A stretch of DNA of 64,000 nt from the human T2T-CHM13v2.0 reference genome, Homo sapiens. The stretch's first letter is position 1, and each line of letters starts with the position of its first letter. The DNA lies in NCBI RefSeq assembly GCF_009914755.1, contig NC_060928.1. One strand, 5' to 3'. Made by a program: the position numbers and the translations under genes. The notes below the pieces were generated by a model. The model had not been told where the DNA came from. It made no database searches and saw only the letters and a program-made list of their open reading frames with translations. This document shows positions 27,639-44,763 of the stretch, piece by piece.

Positions 27639-30309
27639 GGTTATGGATATTTTTTTTACCTCTACTCTTATAGTCGAGCCTCAGTCTTAGAGGAAAAATA
27701 GTTTCTTTCAGTCGATTGCCACGTTATAGTTTGCTTTAAACTACTTAGATTTGGATTCAGGGTAAAGAGCCTTCATAAATAGGAAGTGATAGAAATTCAG
27801 AGGGAGTGTGGCATGTTTTTGTTGGATTTACTTATGCTGTGAAACTTACCTAGAAGTGTACAGGCAGTCACTAAACTATGGTTAAAGAGGAATCTTTTCA
27901 TTTGTACATTCCTTATCCCTGTTACAGGTTGCTGCACTTTTTTTTTCTGTCTTTATGGTAGCTAGAAATATATTGTGTATCTGATTCTATGTTTTCCTAC
28001 ATTTCTACATTTGACTTGGTTTGAGATCAAGTTTGTGAATTTTGATTAAATGCCTAGATTATGCATGTGAAAAATCTTTTGTCCTGTGTTGCTATGAGCA
28101 ACAATTGTTAAAATTAACTTTTTTAGAAAATGTGGACAAATACATGAATCTTAACAGATTTTTAAAAAGTCATCATTTAGCATTGTGAGTGTTCTGTCTA
28201 TAAAATAAATTGTTACTGTGACCATAATTATCGTGGTGAAGGGAGGAATGCAGTAGAAGTGAATAATCATCAGACACATTGACAAAACATTCCTAAAATG
28301 CTATTCAAATGAGGAAAGACATTATGGGGCTGCAGCCAAGTAGCCAAGCGTTGAGTCCTTTTAGCCAGTTGTCTGACCGGGTTTACTATTGTGACCAAAA
28401 AGAAGCTGTGTGTAGTGGTTTGCATAGAAGGGTCATGATTTATCTGAAATATCTCAACTTTTTTTTTTTTTGTAATCCTGTCTCTCATCCTCCCCTGACA
28501 ACACTTTACCTCATTCTTAAAGACTCCTTTTGTCCTGATGGTGTTTGTTTCATTGCTTTCTACCGTACTCCAGTCTGAATTTTACTGACTCCTAGTGATT
28601 GCTTAGACTTGCTATTTGATTCTGTTGTGTGATTTTTGATTATACTCCTTTGTGCTATTTAAACTAGCAGTGTTTACCTAAATTAGTGGTGGTAGTGAAG
28701 GACACAGGTTGGCCCATTTGAATGAAAATCAGGAGCATTGCACTGGCCCTGCCGTTAAGATGAATTTCCATGAATTCCCTCTCCAGAAGGGCACTAGGAA
28801 TTTGGCTGGACTACAGAAGTTACTTCTCCAGTTAAAGGCATGGAGTCTGGGAATGGCTTAGTTTAAGGATATATAGTGATAATGTAATTAATTCTCCCAC
28901 TGAGAATATAGGACGAAGTGAAGAGATGCCCTTTGTCCTCTTCCTGCATCCTCGCCTCTTCTTCAGGTCACTATTGAGAATGAACCCTGAAGCACTTGTC
29001 CTTTACACAGTTAGCAAGAAGAAACCATGACTTGCTTCTTAAGGTTTTGGAAGAACCTGCTGGGCGCCTCATTTCAAGACGGGGTATAAAGCCCCTCCTC
29101 ATATTTACTTCTCTGTGTAACCATGCACTTTGCCCATGTATGTTGGAAAACAGTGAGTTTTTTAAAAACAGAAGTTTTAATTTTAAAAACTAAAAATGGA
29201 CTTTTTTTTGGTTAAGATGTCAGTTTTAAAAACACAGATATAACTTAGGATAACTCCAAAAGATATTCTGAGTTATGGGTGGGAACTTAAAATGAGCACG
29301 TAGTATATTGGAGATGGATATTCATTTAACCCATTGAGGGAAGTTTTTTATGTGTAAATCATGGAAGTCTCTTAGTACTACGTTCATTTTCTTTCCACGA
29401 TTTTCATTTCTTCTGTGGTCAGCCTTTAACCCCTGAGTTCTTTACTCTGATATACATCCATAGTGATAATTATATGATTCTTAAACAGTTCATTCACAGA
29501 ACTTAAATTTATTTGTTATTGGGTTTTTTAAAAACCCACAACGGAAATGGAAATCATTTAAACAGCTGGTTTCATCAAGACATCAGAAGGGATATCCTAG
29601 CCGTAGAGATGAAAAATTACCTTTACAAGTATAGAAAGGATGTTTTGCTACTTTATGATTAAGTTAATAATTTAGGAAAGCTGGTATCCTTTTTGGCCTT
29701 GTAGAGGAAAATGAGGAATCAGTTAGTTGGAAAACCAGTTATTTAAACATTCTCAATGTCAGCTGCCTGAAAGGGAATGTATATAAATTTTATTGAAAAA
29801 CACCTTTATTCATGTTAGTTAAATCATAGCATATAGAATGAAATACTGTGAATTGTTAACAAAGAAAGATGTATTAGTGCCCAAATACAAAGATCTCTAC
29901 TGTGATTATGTTAGGGTTAAAATGCATGTACACAGATTGATGCTGACGTTTATGAACTAGAACCATTTTGAACAAGGCATCTTTATTAGTGGCTGCTTCT
30001 GGGGAGTAAGACTGTAGACTAGGGGAATAACTTGGAGATTATGGAATTACTTTTTGGGTCACTTGAAATGATTATGTGTATACTGCACTGTTTTACACAT
30101 TTAATTTAAATGAAAATTCCCTTTATAGAGAAGAAAATGTTCAAATATTCAAATTTGTACAGAGAAAAATGCAAGCATTTGTTAAAATCATGATATTCCC
30201 TAAATTTCTGTTAATATTTAATATTATTTAATTTTACCTTATCTTTAGTTTTGGGGAAGTTCTCTTTAATTTTGGTATAAGTTGGATGTGAACAATAAAA
30301 TACATTTAT

Positions 30310-30760
<451 letters not shown>

Positions 30761-30827
30761 GTAACATTGTGGAGGAAAATAATTAAATTGTTGACGTGTA
30801 ATTTTCTGTGATGATTGTTGTGCTAAT

Positions 30828-31071
30828 AGAGTTTGGGTGTTCTTGATCTGAAATGCTTGGGACCGGAAGTGTTTCAGATTTTGGATTTTTTTTTTTTAAA
30901 TTTTGGAATATTTGCATTATATACTTCCCAGTTGAACATCCCTAAACCAAAAATCCAAAATTCATAATGCTCCAATGAGCAATTTCCTTTGAGTGTTATG
31001 TCGGCATTCAGAAGTTTCAGATTTTGGAGTATTTTGGATTTTGGATTTTCAAATTAGGGATACTCAATCTA
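30828..31071. mobile_element. Tigger4a/MER46A-like MITE
   Basis: gaaatgcttgggaccggaagtgtttcagattttggatt...ttagggatactcaa. Confidence 0.8.
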
Positions 31072-31321
31072 ATAGAGGTGGGTCAGAGGTATATACATTT
31101 ATAATTTTGATAGATTGTTTCAAATTGTTCTTTATGGAGGTTGTACCAATATATATTCCCAGTAACCCATGAATTTATGCCTGTTCCCCACACCTTTGTC
31201 AAACATTATATTTCAAAATAGTTTATATTTGTTATAGATAAGGGAAATGCAAATTATAACTACAATGAAATAGCATTTTTCACCTATTATGAGTGAGGTT
31301 GGACATTTTTTCACTTGTTAA

Positions 31322-31625
<304 letters not shown>

Positions 31626-31739
31626 AAGAAGCATTTTTTTTCTGTGAACTAGATTTCATATTCTTTGCTCTTTATTTTTATTGGAAAGTTGCTATTTTAT
31701 TACTGATTTATAAATGTTATTTATGTATTAGGCAAATTA

Positions 31740-33200
<1,461 letters not shown>

Positions 33201-34045
33201 TCTTGGTGTTATAGACATACATGTTTATTGGCCTTCATATTTTTTGACATATATTAAATATACATTTTGAATTTTCCACATGCCTTTTCACTATACAGAG
33301 ATAGTTTGTGCTTTACACTATTAATATGATGAATTTTATTAATAAATTTAAATTTAAAAGATTTCCTAATTTTGATATGAAGCTGGATTCTATTTGTTAA
33401 TTTTTTTTTAGGATTTTTACATGAATATTTGTGAGAGTAGTCTAGTTTTATTTTCCTCCTCTTTTGATGCCTTGTTTACCAGATTTTGGTTGTAATGTTA
33501 TGCTGACTTCCTAAAAAAATTCGGAACGTTCATTCTTCTCCATGTTTTGGAACAGTTTAAGTATCATTGGAATTAAATATGTTCCTTGCAGTTTGGTAGA
33601 ATTCAGATTTATAGATTATGAGATCTTGTACTTTTTCTGGGAAGGGGTTGTTCTTCTAGATAGCCATATAGATACCCAAACAGTTCCTGTTAGTTATCTA
33701 TTTGGTAGCAGATAATTGTTTGGGTATCTATATGGCTGATTTTCTTGTCTTCAGGGGTCAGTTTGGTATTTACATTTTCCTGGAAAGAAATCTTCAGTGT
33801 TTTCAAATTTATTGGACAGGATAATCCTTTAATATTATTTTCTTTTCTACTGTAACTGCAATCGTTTTCCTGTTCTCATTTATAGCTTTATGTATTTGTG
33901 CTTTTTTCTTTTTTTTTTCCTTTCTCTAGTTCAGGTTACCTAACCTCTCAGTTATTTGGGTATTTTTTTCTTAAAGTAACCAGCTCTTGGACTTATTGAT
34001 ACAAATGACTCTTTCTAATTCGGTACTTTATGCTTTTGTTTTTAG

Positions 34046-34380
<335 letters not shown>

Positions 34381-35463
34381 GCTATGTTGTGATTTCATTA
34401 TCTTGTACTTACAGTTTTGAATTCTTTATTCAGAACTTAGAATCTATGGTAGCTCAGACTCCTCCACAAAAGCGTGGAAATGATTAAACACACTAAATTT
34501 TTCTGATGGAATGTGTAGCCAAAGAAATAGTCCCAAGAGCAGGAAGCATTCCCAGTGCTCACCATTGCCAGGGTGTTTGGAGGGGACCCGGGGCTATGAG
34601 GGCTGCTTGTAATGTGTGGGACCGATGCAGGAATAAGGGCTGGAGTTACAGGCTTTCCTTCAGGGCTTCTTCATGCCCGCAGTGCCTCAGGGATGGAAGC
34701 TTTTATATCAAATAAGGCTTGTTTCCTGGAGTGAAGATGCAGGTCCATCCTCGATTTTTACAGGTTCAATTTGCAAGTGACTCAGTTCAAGGGTATCATG
34801 AAATCTGCTTTTGGGTGCTGTGTTCAAATTATCTGCACATATTTCTAGTTATATATGAGTGCTCCCTGACATCTGTCCTGTTTTGTTATTGTAGCTGTCA
34901 TTGCTTATAGCTTATAGTTATTGTAATACTTTAAGTAAATTCTTTATCATTTACAAAAATGAATGTTAAAAAGTTTTCAAAAATGCTATTTCTAGTGAAA
35001 AACATGAGGATTCCTTTGCTTCAATTAAATGTTTGTTTGATTTAAGCCAGTTGTGTACGTGTTCCGTTGTGAGAGAAAATGAAAAAGATTTAGTTTGGTA
35101 TTGCATTGTGTAATACTGGGTCTAAAGTTTTATAATATTGTCTAGTCTTCTTGCTCCTGCCAGTCCCCATATAACATTAAGCCCTTTGAAAACTTTTCAT
35201 ACTCAACTTAGTATGCCTTTTTAGGAATTGTTTTAATATCGAAGTAGAAAACTCCGTACAGTCTTTGAGTTTACTTGAGTCTGTAGGTGTTTTATTTATC
35301 TTCGGTGTTCCAGAAGAATTCATGCTCATTCCCATGTTCCTCTCTCCATGTTAGAAGGGAGAAAACATCCCTCATTCCCAGCTGCATGGCACTGAAGGCC
35401 TTTAGGACTGTTTAATGAACACACACAGTTGGTGAAATGAGAAGGATTGGCCTTGTTCATGTC

Positions 35464-35647
35464 CACGGCTGGACTAGGGTGAGGCAAAGCATCTCACTAA
35501 GGAAAGGCCCAGGGTGCAGAATTTAAGGAGGCACTTGCTCTGCCATGCATGTAGATGCAAGGTCAGCATGGCATAACCCTTAGAACAAGTGCCCCTTAAA
35601 TGTTGTGCCTTAGGACCCTGGCTCGCCTCACCCTGGTCCTGGCCCAG
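35464..35647. mobile_element. MER96-like palindromic hAT MITE
   Basis: ggactagggtgaggc / gcctcaccctggtcc and tttaaggaggcacttg / caagtgccccttaaa inverted arms. Confidence 0.8.
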
Positions 35648-36271
35648 TTCAGTTCCTCCATGTGTCCATTCTTTCCTCCTTCTGCAGACTCTCTCTGAGC
35701 CTGTTTATTCTCAAAGTAACTAGGAAACCACTGCCTTGTTCATTGGGGTATTCAGATAAATTTTGTCCACTGCTGACAGAACTGGGTGAGAACAAGTTAT
35801 TATTATGGATTGTTTGAGAGGTAATGTCAGTGTTTCTCTTCCTGGATTGCGTATTTAAAGACAGTCTTGCTACTGAGAGCTTGTTGCTAAAGCCAGTCCT
35901 CTGGGATCCTGTTATGCCAGAGAAGGTTATCAGATGCAATGACATCCTGGTTCTCAACTCAGCAGGCATCATGGGGCTTCTCAAATATCTAGTACTTGCC
36001 CCTAAATATGTCTTGGGTGATAGGTATGTGTTCTTTCTATCCACTGTTGTCATTTTTGTGGCAAATAACACTAGGGGGTTCTTAGGAATAGGAGAGGACT
36101 GTTGTAGATCAAGTGGCAGCAGAGTTTCCTTAGCACTTTCCAAAACCTACATATTTTACTTTCAGGTCAAAGGATAGATTAGTTTTTACATCAAACCTAG
36201 TAGAGTGAATATGAAGAAGGAAAACTGTGATTTGGAAAGTCTTCTATGGCCTATGTATGCACACACACTGG

Positions 36272-36581
<310 letters not shown>

Positions 36582-36879
36582 AGGAAAGAGACCTTTTGAT
36601 GAAGAAAGGGTCAAAGTCATGAGAATTACAAATGTCACTGGAAAGCAGAATTGGTTTGCAAAGGAAAGGAGAAGAGTTTGACCTTGAGCATGTTAAATAA
36701 TAAGAAAATATATTTCTGATGATTCAAAGATTAAACGTATAAAATTATTCCTTAAGGAAAGCAAGAAGAAAAATAGATGAATAATCTTCAAATAGAGAAG
36801 GCCTTTCGAGGCATTATATAAAACCCAGAAGCATAAAAGACTGGGAAATTTGATTAATAAAAATTCATGTTCATGCCAC

Positions 36880-37310
36880 AACACAGATGGACCTCAAGGA
36901 CATTATACTAAGTGAAATAAGCCCGACAGGAAGAAAAATATTGCTTGATATCACTTATATGTGGAATCTTTAAAAACAAAAAGTCAAATATATATATGGA
37001 GAATGAAACAGTGGTTATCAAGGATGAACTAGGGGCTAGCAAGTGGAGAGATGTAGGTTCAAGGATACAAAGTAGCAGATAGGGAGGATGAGCAAGTCTA
37101 GAGACCTGATATACAACATGAGGCCTACAGTTAATTATAGTGCATTATATTTGGGATTTTTGCTAAATGAGTAGATTGTAGCTTCTCTTGCCCCCACCAA
37201 AAAGGGGGGAATAACTATGCAAGATAATAGATGTGTTCATATGCTTCACCATATTAATCATTTTACTATCTATATTATATACCTTAAATGTGTACAATAC
37301 AATTTTTTAA
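36880..37310 (+). mobile_element. L1MA-like 3' end
   Basis: gatggacctcaaggacattatactaagtgaaataagcc..aggatacaaagtagcag. Confidence 0.75.
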
Positions 37311-37539
37311 TTGAAAACATGAAACTATAAAAATCCATAAAATCTAAATTGAAAACATATATATGTAACACATTACAAAGGGCCAACTGTCCTAATTATA
37401 TAAGAGCTTTTTACAGATCATAAGATGCATCCAATTTAAATGTAAGAGACATTTTCCAAGGAAACTATGAGAACAATCCAATCTAATAAAGAAATGTACA
37501 TTATAATTATACTAAGTGAAATAAGTATAGGGTCTTGGG

Positions 37540-38065
37540 ACTAGGAGTTCAAGACCAACCTGGGCAACATAGTGAGACCCCATCTCTGAAAAAAAAAAAA
37601 AAAGGCCAGGTGCAGTGGCTCATGCCTGTAATCCCAGCACTTTGGGAGGCTGAGGCAGGCAGATCACAAGGTCAGGAGTTCGAGACCAGCCTGGCCAATA
37701 TGGTGAAACCCCCTCTCTACTAAAAATACAAATATTAGCCGAGTGTGGTGGCACTCACCTGTAGTGCCAGCTAGTCAGGAGGCTGAGGCAGAAGAATTGC
37801 TTGAACTTGGAAGGCAGAGGTTACAGTGAGCCAAGACCGTGCCATTGCACTCCAGCCTGGGCGACAGAGCGAGACTGTCTCAAAGAAAAAAAAAAGAAGA
37901 AGACAAAAATTAGCCAGGTGTGGTGGCACATGCCTGTAGTCTCAGCTACTCAAGAGTTTAAGGTGGGGAGGATTGCTTGAGCCCAGGAAGTGGAGGCTAC
38001 AGTGAGTTGTGATTGTGCCACTGCATACTAGCCTGGGCAACAGAGCAAGATCCTGTCTTAAAAAG
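37540..38065 (+). mobile_element. AluJ-like with a younger AluS (37604-37895) nested in its central A-rich linker
   Basis: Left-arm end, A-run, full Alu, then acaaaaattagcc right arm. Confidence 0.88.
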
Positions 38066-38845
38066 ATCAAAATGTGTCTTTTTGTGGCTCTTCCTATAAG
38101 ACAACCTCCTTGTTCTTCACCTTCATCATTTACTTTCTACTTGTTTTTTGATTGTGTCTTCCAACCCCTTAAAAATGGGTGTTTTTCAGAATTCTAGGTA
38201 GGTAGGGGCCATTTATCTTGCTACAGTTGTATAATCAGGGCCAGCGCAATGCTTGACATATGTGAGAAGCTGTATTTATTGAATGAATGGATGAATGTAC
38301 CTCTGTCCTTGTCCTCCAACTGTTTTCAGGATTTTCTACATTGGCATTCAGATGTTGCCTCCAAAATAATGTGTCCCAGAACAATCTCATGCAGTAGATG
38401 TAGTGTATCTGAACAAGGTATTTATAACATTCTTATGAAGAACACAGTGAAATATAGACTTACTAGCTTTTTAGTTAGGCATACTAGTAATTGAGTGATT
38501 TATTATATAAGTACTGTATTGCCTGGTGGACATATAAAGGGAAAGGACTTAAGAGTTTTAATTGATTATTTGGCTCAACATAAGCAAAGAGTGTGACCTG
38601 ATTTTTGAAAATGCTAAGGTGATTTCATATGATCAGAAGAATAAGTTTTGCTTTTTACTATGACACTATACCTGGAATATTGCATTTGATTTAGGGATAG
38701 CAGTTACTTGGAGTTCATTTAGAGCTAACGGCTTAAAGAATGGTGAAGGGACTGGAAATTATGTCACAGGAGGAACGGCTGGTGGAAAGGTGAATAGTTA
38801 GCTTGAAGGAGAGAATGTTTTTGGGGGAGGGGTATCTCTTATGAC

Positions 38846-38973
38846 TGGATGATGATATAATTTATTGTTCAAACCAGGGCTCTTTGAGACTGAAGGTCAT
38901 CACTATCTATACTTATCCTGGGATGATGGGCGTGGACTAGGACTGTCTTAGCAAATGGAAACATGGTTACCTA
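38846..38973. mobile_element. MER94-like hAT-Blackjack MITE
   Basis: atataatttattgttcaaaccaggg..tttgaga..catggttaccta. Confidence 0.6.
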
Positions 38974-39405
38974 CTTATCTCCAAATATTTTAAGGTCTGT
39001 CTTGTGAAAGAAAGATCAGACCTCATTTATGGGAGATTTAGGACCAGTGGACACAACTACAAGAAGACCTGCATCTTTTTCCTTATAACAAGCCATAATC
39101 CAATTCTTCAGTTGTTGAAGAATGTAAGGGCTGCCTTATGAAGTGGTATGTTTCTTATCACTGTTGATGCCAAGAATCTGTACAGTTGTTCTTTCTAAGT
39201 CTTGATAATGTACAGGTTAGATGAATCGATTTGTACCAACCCATCAAATGTTTGGGTATTTTATTCTTTTCAGGTACTATGCAGATGTCCATGTACTTAT
39301 TACATTTAGTTTAATCATTTGGATATTTCTGGCCTTTTACTAGGGAAAGTTAGAATCCATGTCTTTGATGGCTTTTGTGATAGCTCTATGTCTGCAGTCA
39401 TGTGA

Positions 39406-39894
<489 letters not shown>

Positions 39895-40404
39895 ATTCCT
39901 AAGTATCTTTAAAATTAAAAAAAAAATTATGTGTGGCTGGGTTTTTATGCTAAACAAAAGGTGTTTATTGTGATCTTCATGGCAGAGTAGTTAAAGGGAT
40001 GCAAACTTTGGATGTGTTCAGTTTGTACTGTGAGTGCTGTGGTCTTTCCTTGGCTTTCCACAGGGCACTGATTATGTACTTGATTCTTTGGTACCTTATT
40101 TAGTCCTTGACAGCAACTCTAAGAGGTAGACGTGACTATTTCCATTTTTTAAAGAGGTTTAGAAAGGTTAAATAATCTGTCTGAGGTGACCTAGCCAGGA
40201 GGTATCTTAGCTGGATCTGAGCCCAGTTTCTTCATTTGTCCACGTATTTATTCATTCAGCCACTGTCTGAGTGCTTGCATTGTGCCAGGCATCATGCCAG
40301 GTCCTGTCTGCTTCTCTGGATTTGTACCTAACAAGTCACCTTCTTCTTTCCCTGCAAATACACACTCTAGTCACATTGGGCATTCTCCTCTACCTCCTGA
40401 AAAA

Positions 40405-40538
40405 AGACTCAAAATGTACTATTTAAATGTTAAATCTCATCCGAAAAGTACTTTCACAGCAACATCTAGACTAGTGTTTGATCAAATATCCGGGTACTGT
40501 GTCCTAGCCAGTTTGACACATAAAGTGAACTATCACTG
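40405..40538 (-). mobile_element. MLT2 (ERVL) LTR 5' fragment
   Basis: gatcaaatatccgggtac..tttgacacataaagtgaactatcac. Confidence 0.6.
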
Positions 40539-40539
40539 C

Positions 40540-40978
40540 AATCAAGACAGTGTGGTATTTGTGAAAGTTAGATATAGATCAGTGAGACATAATAAAAAAT
40601 CCGGAGGTAGACCCACACAATTGTGGACATTTGATTTTCAAAAAAGCTCAAATGCTGTTTAATGAAGAAAAGTTACTCTTTTTAACAAATGGTATTGGCC
40701 ATCTATATGCAGAAAACAAACTCCCGTGTAAACTTCACATCTTACACGGAAATTAACTCAAAGCTGATCATAGATATAAATGTAAAATATAAAATTATAA
40801 TTTTATAAATTTATAATTTTATAAATTTTAGAAAATACATCAGAAAAAATCTTCATGACTTTCTGTTGGGCAAAGAGTTCTTAGACATGATACCAAAGCA
40901 TGATTCATGAAAGAAAAAATGGTAATTTAGACTTCATCAAAATTAAATACTTCTGTGGATGATGCCGCTAAGAAAACG
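40540..40978 (+). mobile_element. Old L1 ORF2 fragment
   Basis: aatcaagacagtgtggtatt; aaattaactcaaa; gacttcatcaaaattaaa. Confidence 0.7.
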
Positions 40979-41963
40979 AGGTTGAATATATTTTTGTATG
41001 TTTATAGGCCATTCGTTTACCTTTTCTTTGAAATTCCTAGATGGGGTTTTTGTTTTTTCTTGATTGTTCATCTTCTTATTGGTTTGTTAATCTTTTATTG
41101 ATTGTTACAAGTTCCTTAAGTATTTTAGAAGCAAATCTTTGTTCTATGTGCTACAAATATCTTCTTCTACTTAATTGCTTGTTTTTTAACTGTCTTTGTG
41201 GAGTTTTGGATAAATGGCAGTTCCAAAGTTAGTATAGTCAGATTTGTCCATCTTCTTTCTCATTTGTGCTTGCGCATTTTGTTTTTTGTTCATCCTGAGG
41301 TCATAATATGTTATACTACATGAACTTTGCAAAGCTTTAGAGATTTGTCTTTATATTTGGGTCTTCAAATCACTAGGATTTGATTTTTGAGTATGGGTTA
41401 TAGGATGAGACCAATTTCATTTTTTTCTCCTGTATGTCTAACTTGTCATCACAGCTCTGTGTATTGAAAGGTCCAGCCTTTTCACACTGAGCAGCTATGA
41501 TGCCTCTTCCACACCAGTTTCTTCTATAAATCAAGTCTCCAAGTTTGTGTGGGTCTATTTTTGTGTTGCAGTTCAGTTCCTTTAGTTCTTTTATTTATTT
41601 CTTTTGCCAATATCATGTTGTCTTCAATATTATAGTTTTATAATATTGATAACAAATCTTGATATTTGGTAGGGAAAGTCTCCCAGATTATATATGTGAA
41701 GACAGTGATATCATTTACAAATAATGACACTCTTGTTGTTCCTTGCTTATCCTTAATCCTTTTATTTTGTTTTCCTGCCATTCAGTACTAGCTCAGACTC
41801 CCAGTACAGTGTTGAATTGAAGTAGTAATAATGAGCATCTTTGTCTTGTTCTAAATCCTACAGGGAGTACTTTCAATGTAAATAGATATTTTGTAGACAC
41901 CCATTATCAGGTTAAGGAAGTTCCCTTCTGTTCCTAGCTTGCTAAGAGGTTTCTTTTTTTTAA

Positions 41964-42297
<334 letters not shown>

Positions 42298-42536
42298 GAT
42301 TTTCTGTTTCTTTTGAGGTAATCAAATGATTTTTTTTTCTGTGAATAGTAGAAGTTATATTAAATACATTAATTTATATTCTAACATCAAGCCAACTTTA
42401 CATTCTTGGAATTAACCAAAATTTGTCACAAATGATTGTTATTATTATTGCACTTGCTAGGATTTGACTTATCAATACTTTATTATTAGCCCCTGTTCCC
42501 AAATTTAAAATGGGTCCCTATTTCAGGGATATTAAG

Positions 42537-42713
42537 TTTTCTTTTCTTTCTTTTCTTTTTCCCTTCCCTTTTTTTCCTTTTCTTTTCCCTTCCCTTTTTT
42601 CCTTTTCTTTTTCCTTCCCTCTTCCCTTACCTTTTTCCTTCCTTCTTCCCTTCCCTTTTTCCTTCCCTTTTTTTCTTTTCTTTCTTTCTTTTTTTTCTTT
42701 TTTTTTTTTTTTT
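42537..42713. repeat. Polypyrimidine (C/T) tract, expanded tail of an Alu right arm (42714-42865)
   Basis: ~175 nt nearly pure C/T. Confidence 0.92.
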
Positions 42714-42955
42714 GACCAGGTCTTGCTCTGTTGCCCAGGCTGGAGCTAGAGCACAGTGATGTGATCCTGGCTTACTACAGCCTTCAACTTCTGGGCTCAA
42801 GCCTTTGTCCAGTCTCTGCCTCCCAAGAGGCTGGGACTATAGGAGCACACCCCCTTGCCTGCCTGTTTTCTTTTTTCAAATGACTGATGATAATTATAGG
42901 ATGCCATAGATTAAGATGTATTCTGGTTTTAGAGATTTAAAAATGTATGTCTTAA

Positions 42956-43338
<383 letters not shown>

Positions 43339-44472
43339 CTTCTCATGTTTTTCTTGTCAAGTTTTGGCATTAAGATTATGCACCATGATGAAATGAATTG
43401 AGAAACGTGCCCACATTTTCTAGACTCTGGAATTGTTGGTGTAATATTTATTTCTTGACTGGTTGAACAAGCCCATAAAAGCATATGGTTGTGGCATTTT
43501 AACTACTGATAGTTTCTTTATTGCTTACAAAACTATTCAGGTTTTCTATTTCTTCTTGATTCTGTTTTTTTCAGTTTCATTTTTTAAAGGAATTTGTTCA
43601 TTTCATCCCTATGTCCGAATTTGTTAGCATAAAGTAACTCATAATAAATTCATGTATGATTAATCTATATAACATCTGTTGTCTCTCTTGCTTTTTTTTG
43701 TAGTTCTTTTTGTTTGCTTTTGTTAGATGTTAGTTTTATTATTCTTTCAAAGAACTAAGTTTTGACACTGACATTGTTCATCTTTTTTATAGTTTGCATT
43801 CTGTTTCATTATTTTCTGTGCCTATTATTAATATTTCTGTACTTCTACTTTGGGTTGATTTTACTATTTTTTTTTTTTGAACCTCTTAAAAGGGATGCTT
43901 AGCATAGTAGATGGTCTTTTCTCTTTAAAAGTTATGCTTATTAGATAATAAACCTAAGTACATTGTGCTTTACTTGAATCTCATGTTTTTATATGTGGAG
44001 TTTTATTATTTAGTTTTACAAAGTTTGTAATTGTTATTTCATTTTCTTTTACCCCTAACTATTTAGAAGTACCATTCTGGCTTTACAGACAACTGTTCTG
44101 TATATATGCATCAGATCACACTTGTTAATTTTATTGCTCAGGTGTTTTATCTTGTTGCCTCTTGTTTGTTTCATCTCTCTCACCATGAATTCTAGTTTGT
44201 GAATTTTTTCACATAATTCTCATGATTTTTGCTTTATATGATAATTTGTTAGTAGGTACGTGCAAACTTAGAACTATGACATCTTGCTGAATTGTCCCTT
44301 TTATTGTTATGTAATAACTTTTATTTCTAAAATGCTTTTGCCTTAAAATCTATTGTTTCTATTATTAATATAACTACACTAACTTTTAGTTAGTAATTTC
44401 CTTATTTTCCTTGTTTAGATGTGTCTTTTGAACATGATATATTTAAATTAAAAAAATCTAGTCCGATATGAT

Positions 44473-44763
<291 letters not shown>

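Noticed and set aside
29081-29095. GGGG-TATAAAG-CCCC TATA-like box as an internal promoter
   Set aside because: Isolated 7-mer without CpG island or downstream exon evidence
35649-36177. Opposing 164-aa and 117-aa ORFs in unique sequence
   Set aside because: No recognisable domain or exon structure; compatible with chance
40540-41700. L1 strand switch at ~40980 as a twin-priming inversion
   Set aside because: Both pieces cover overlapping ORF2 regions and no TSD is visible; more likely independent insertions
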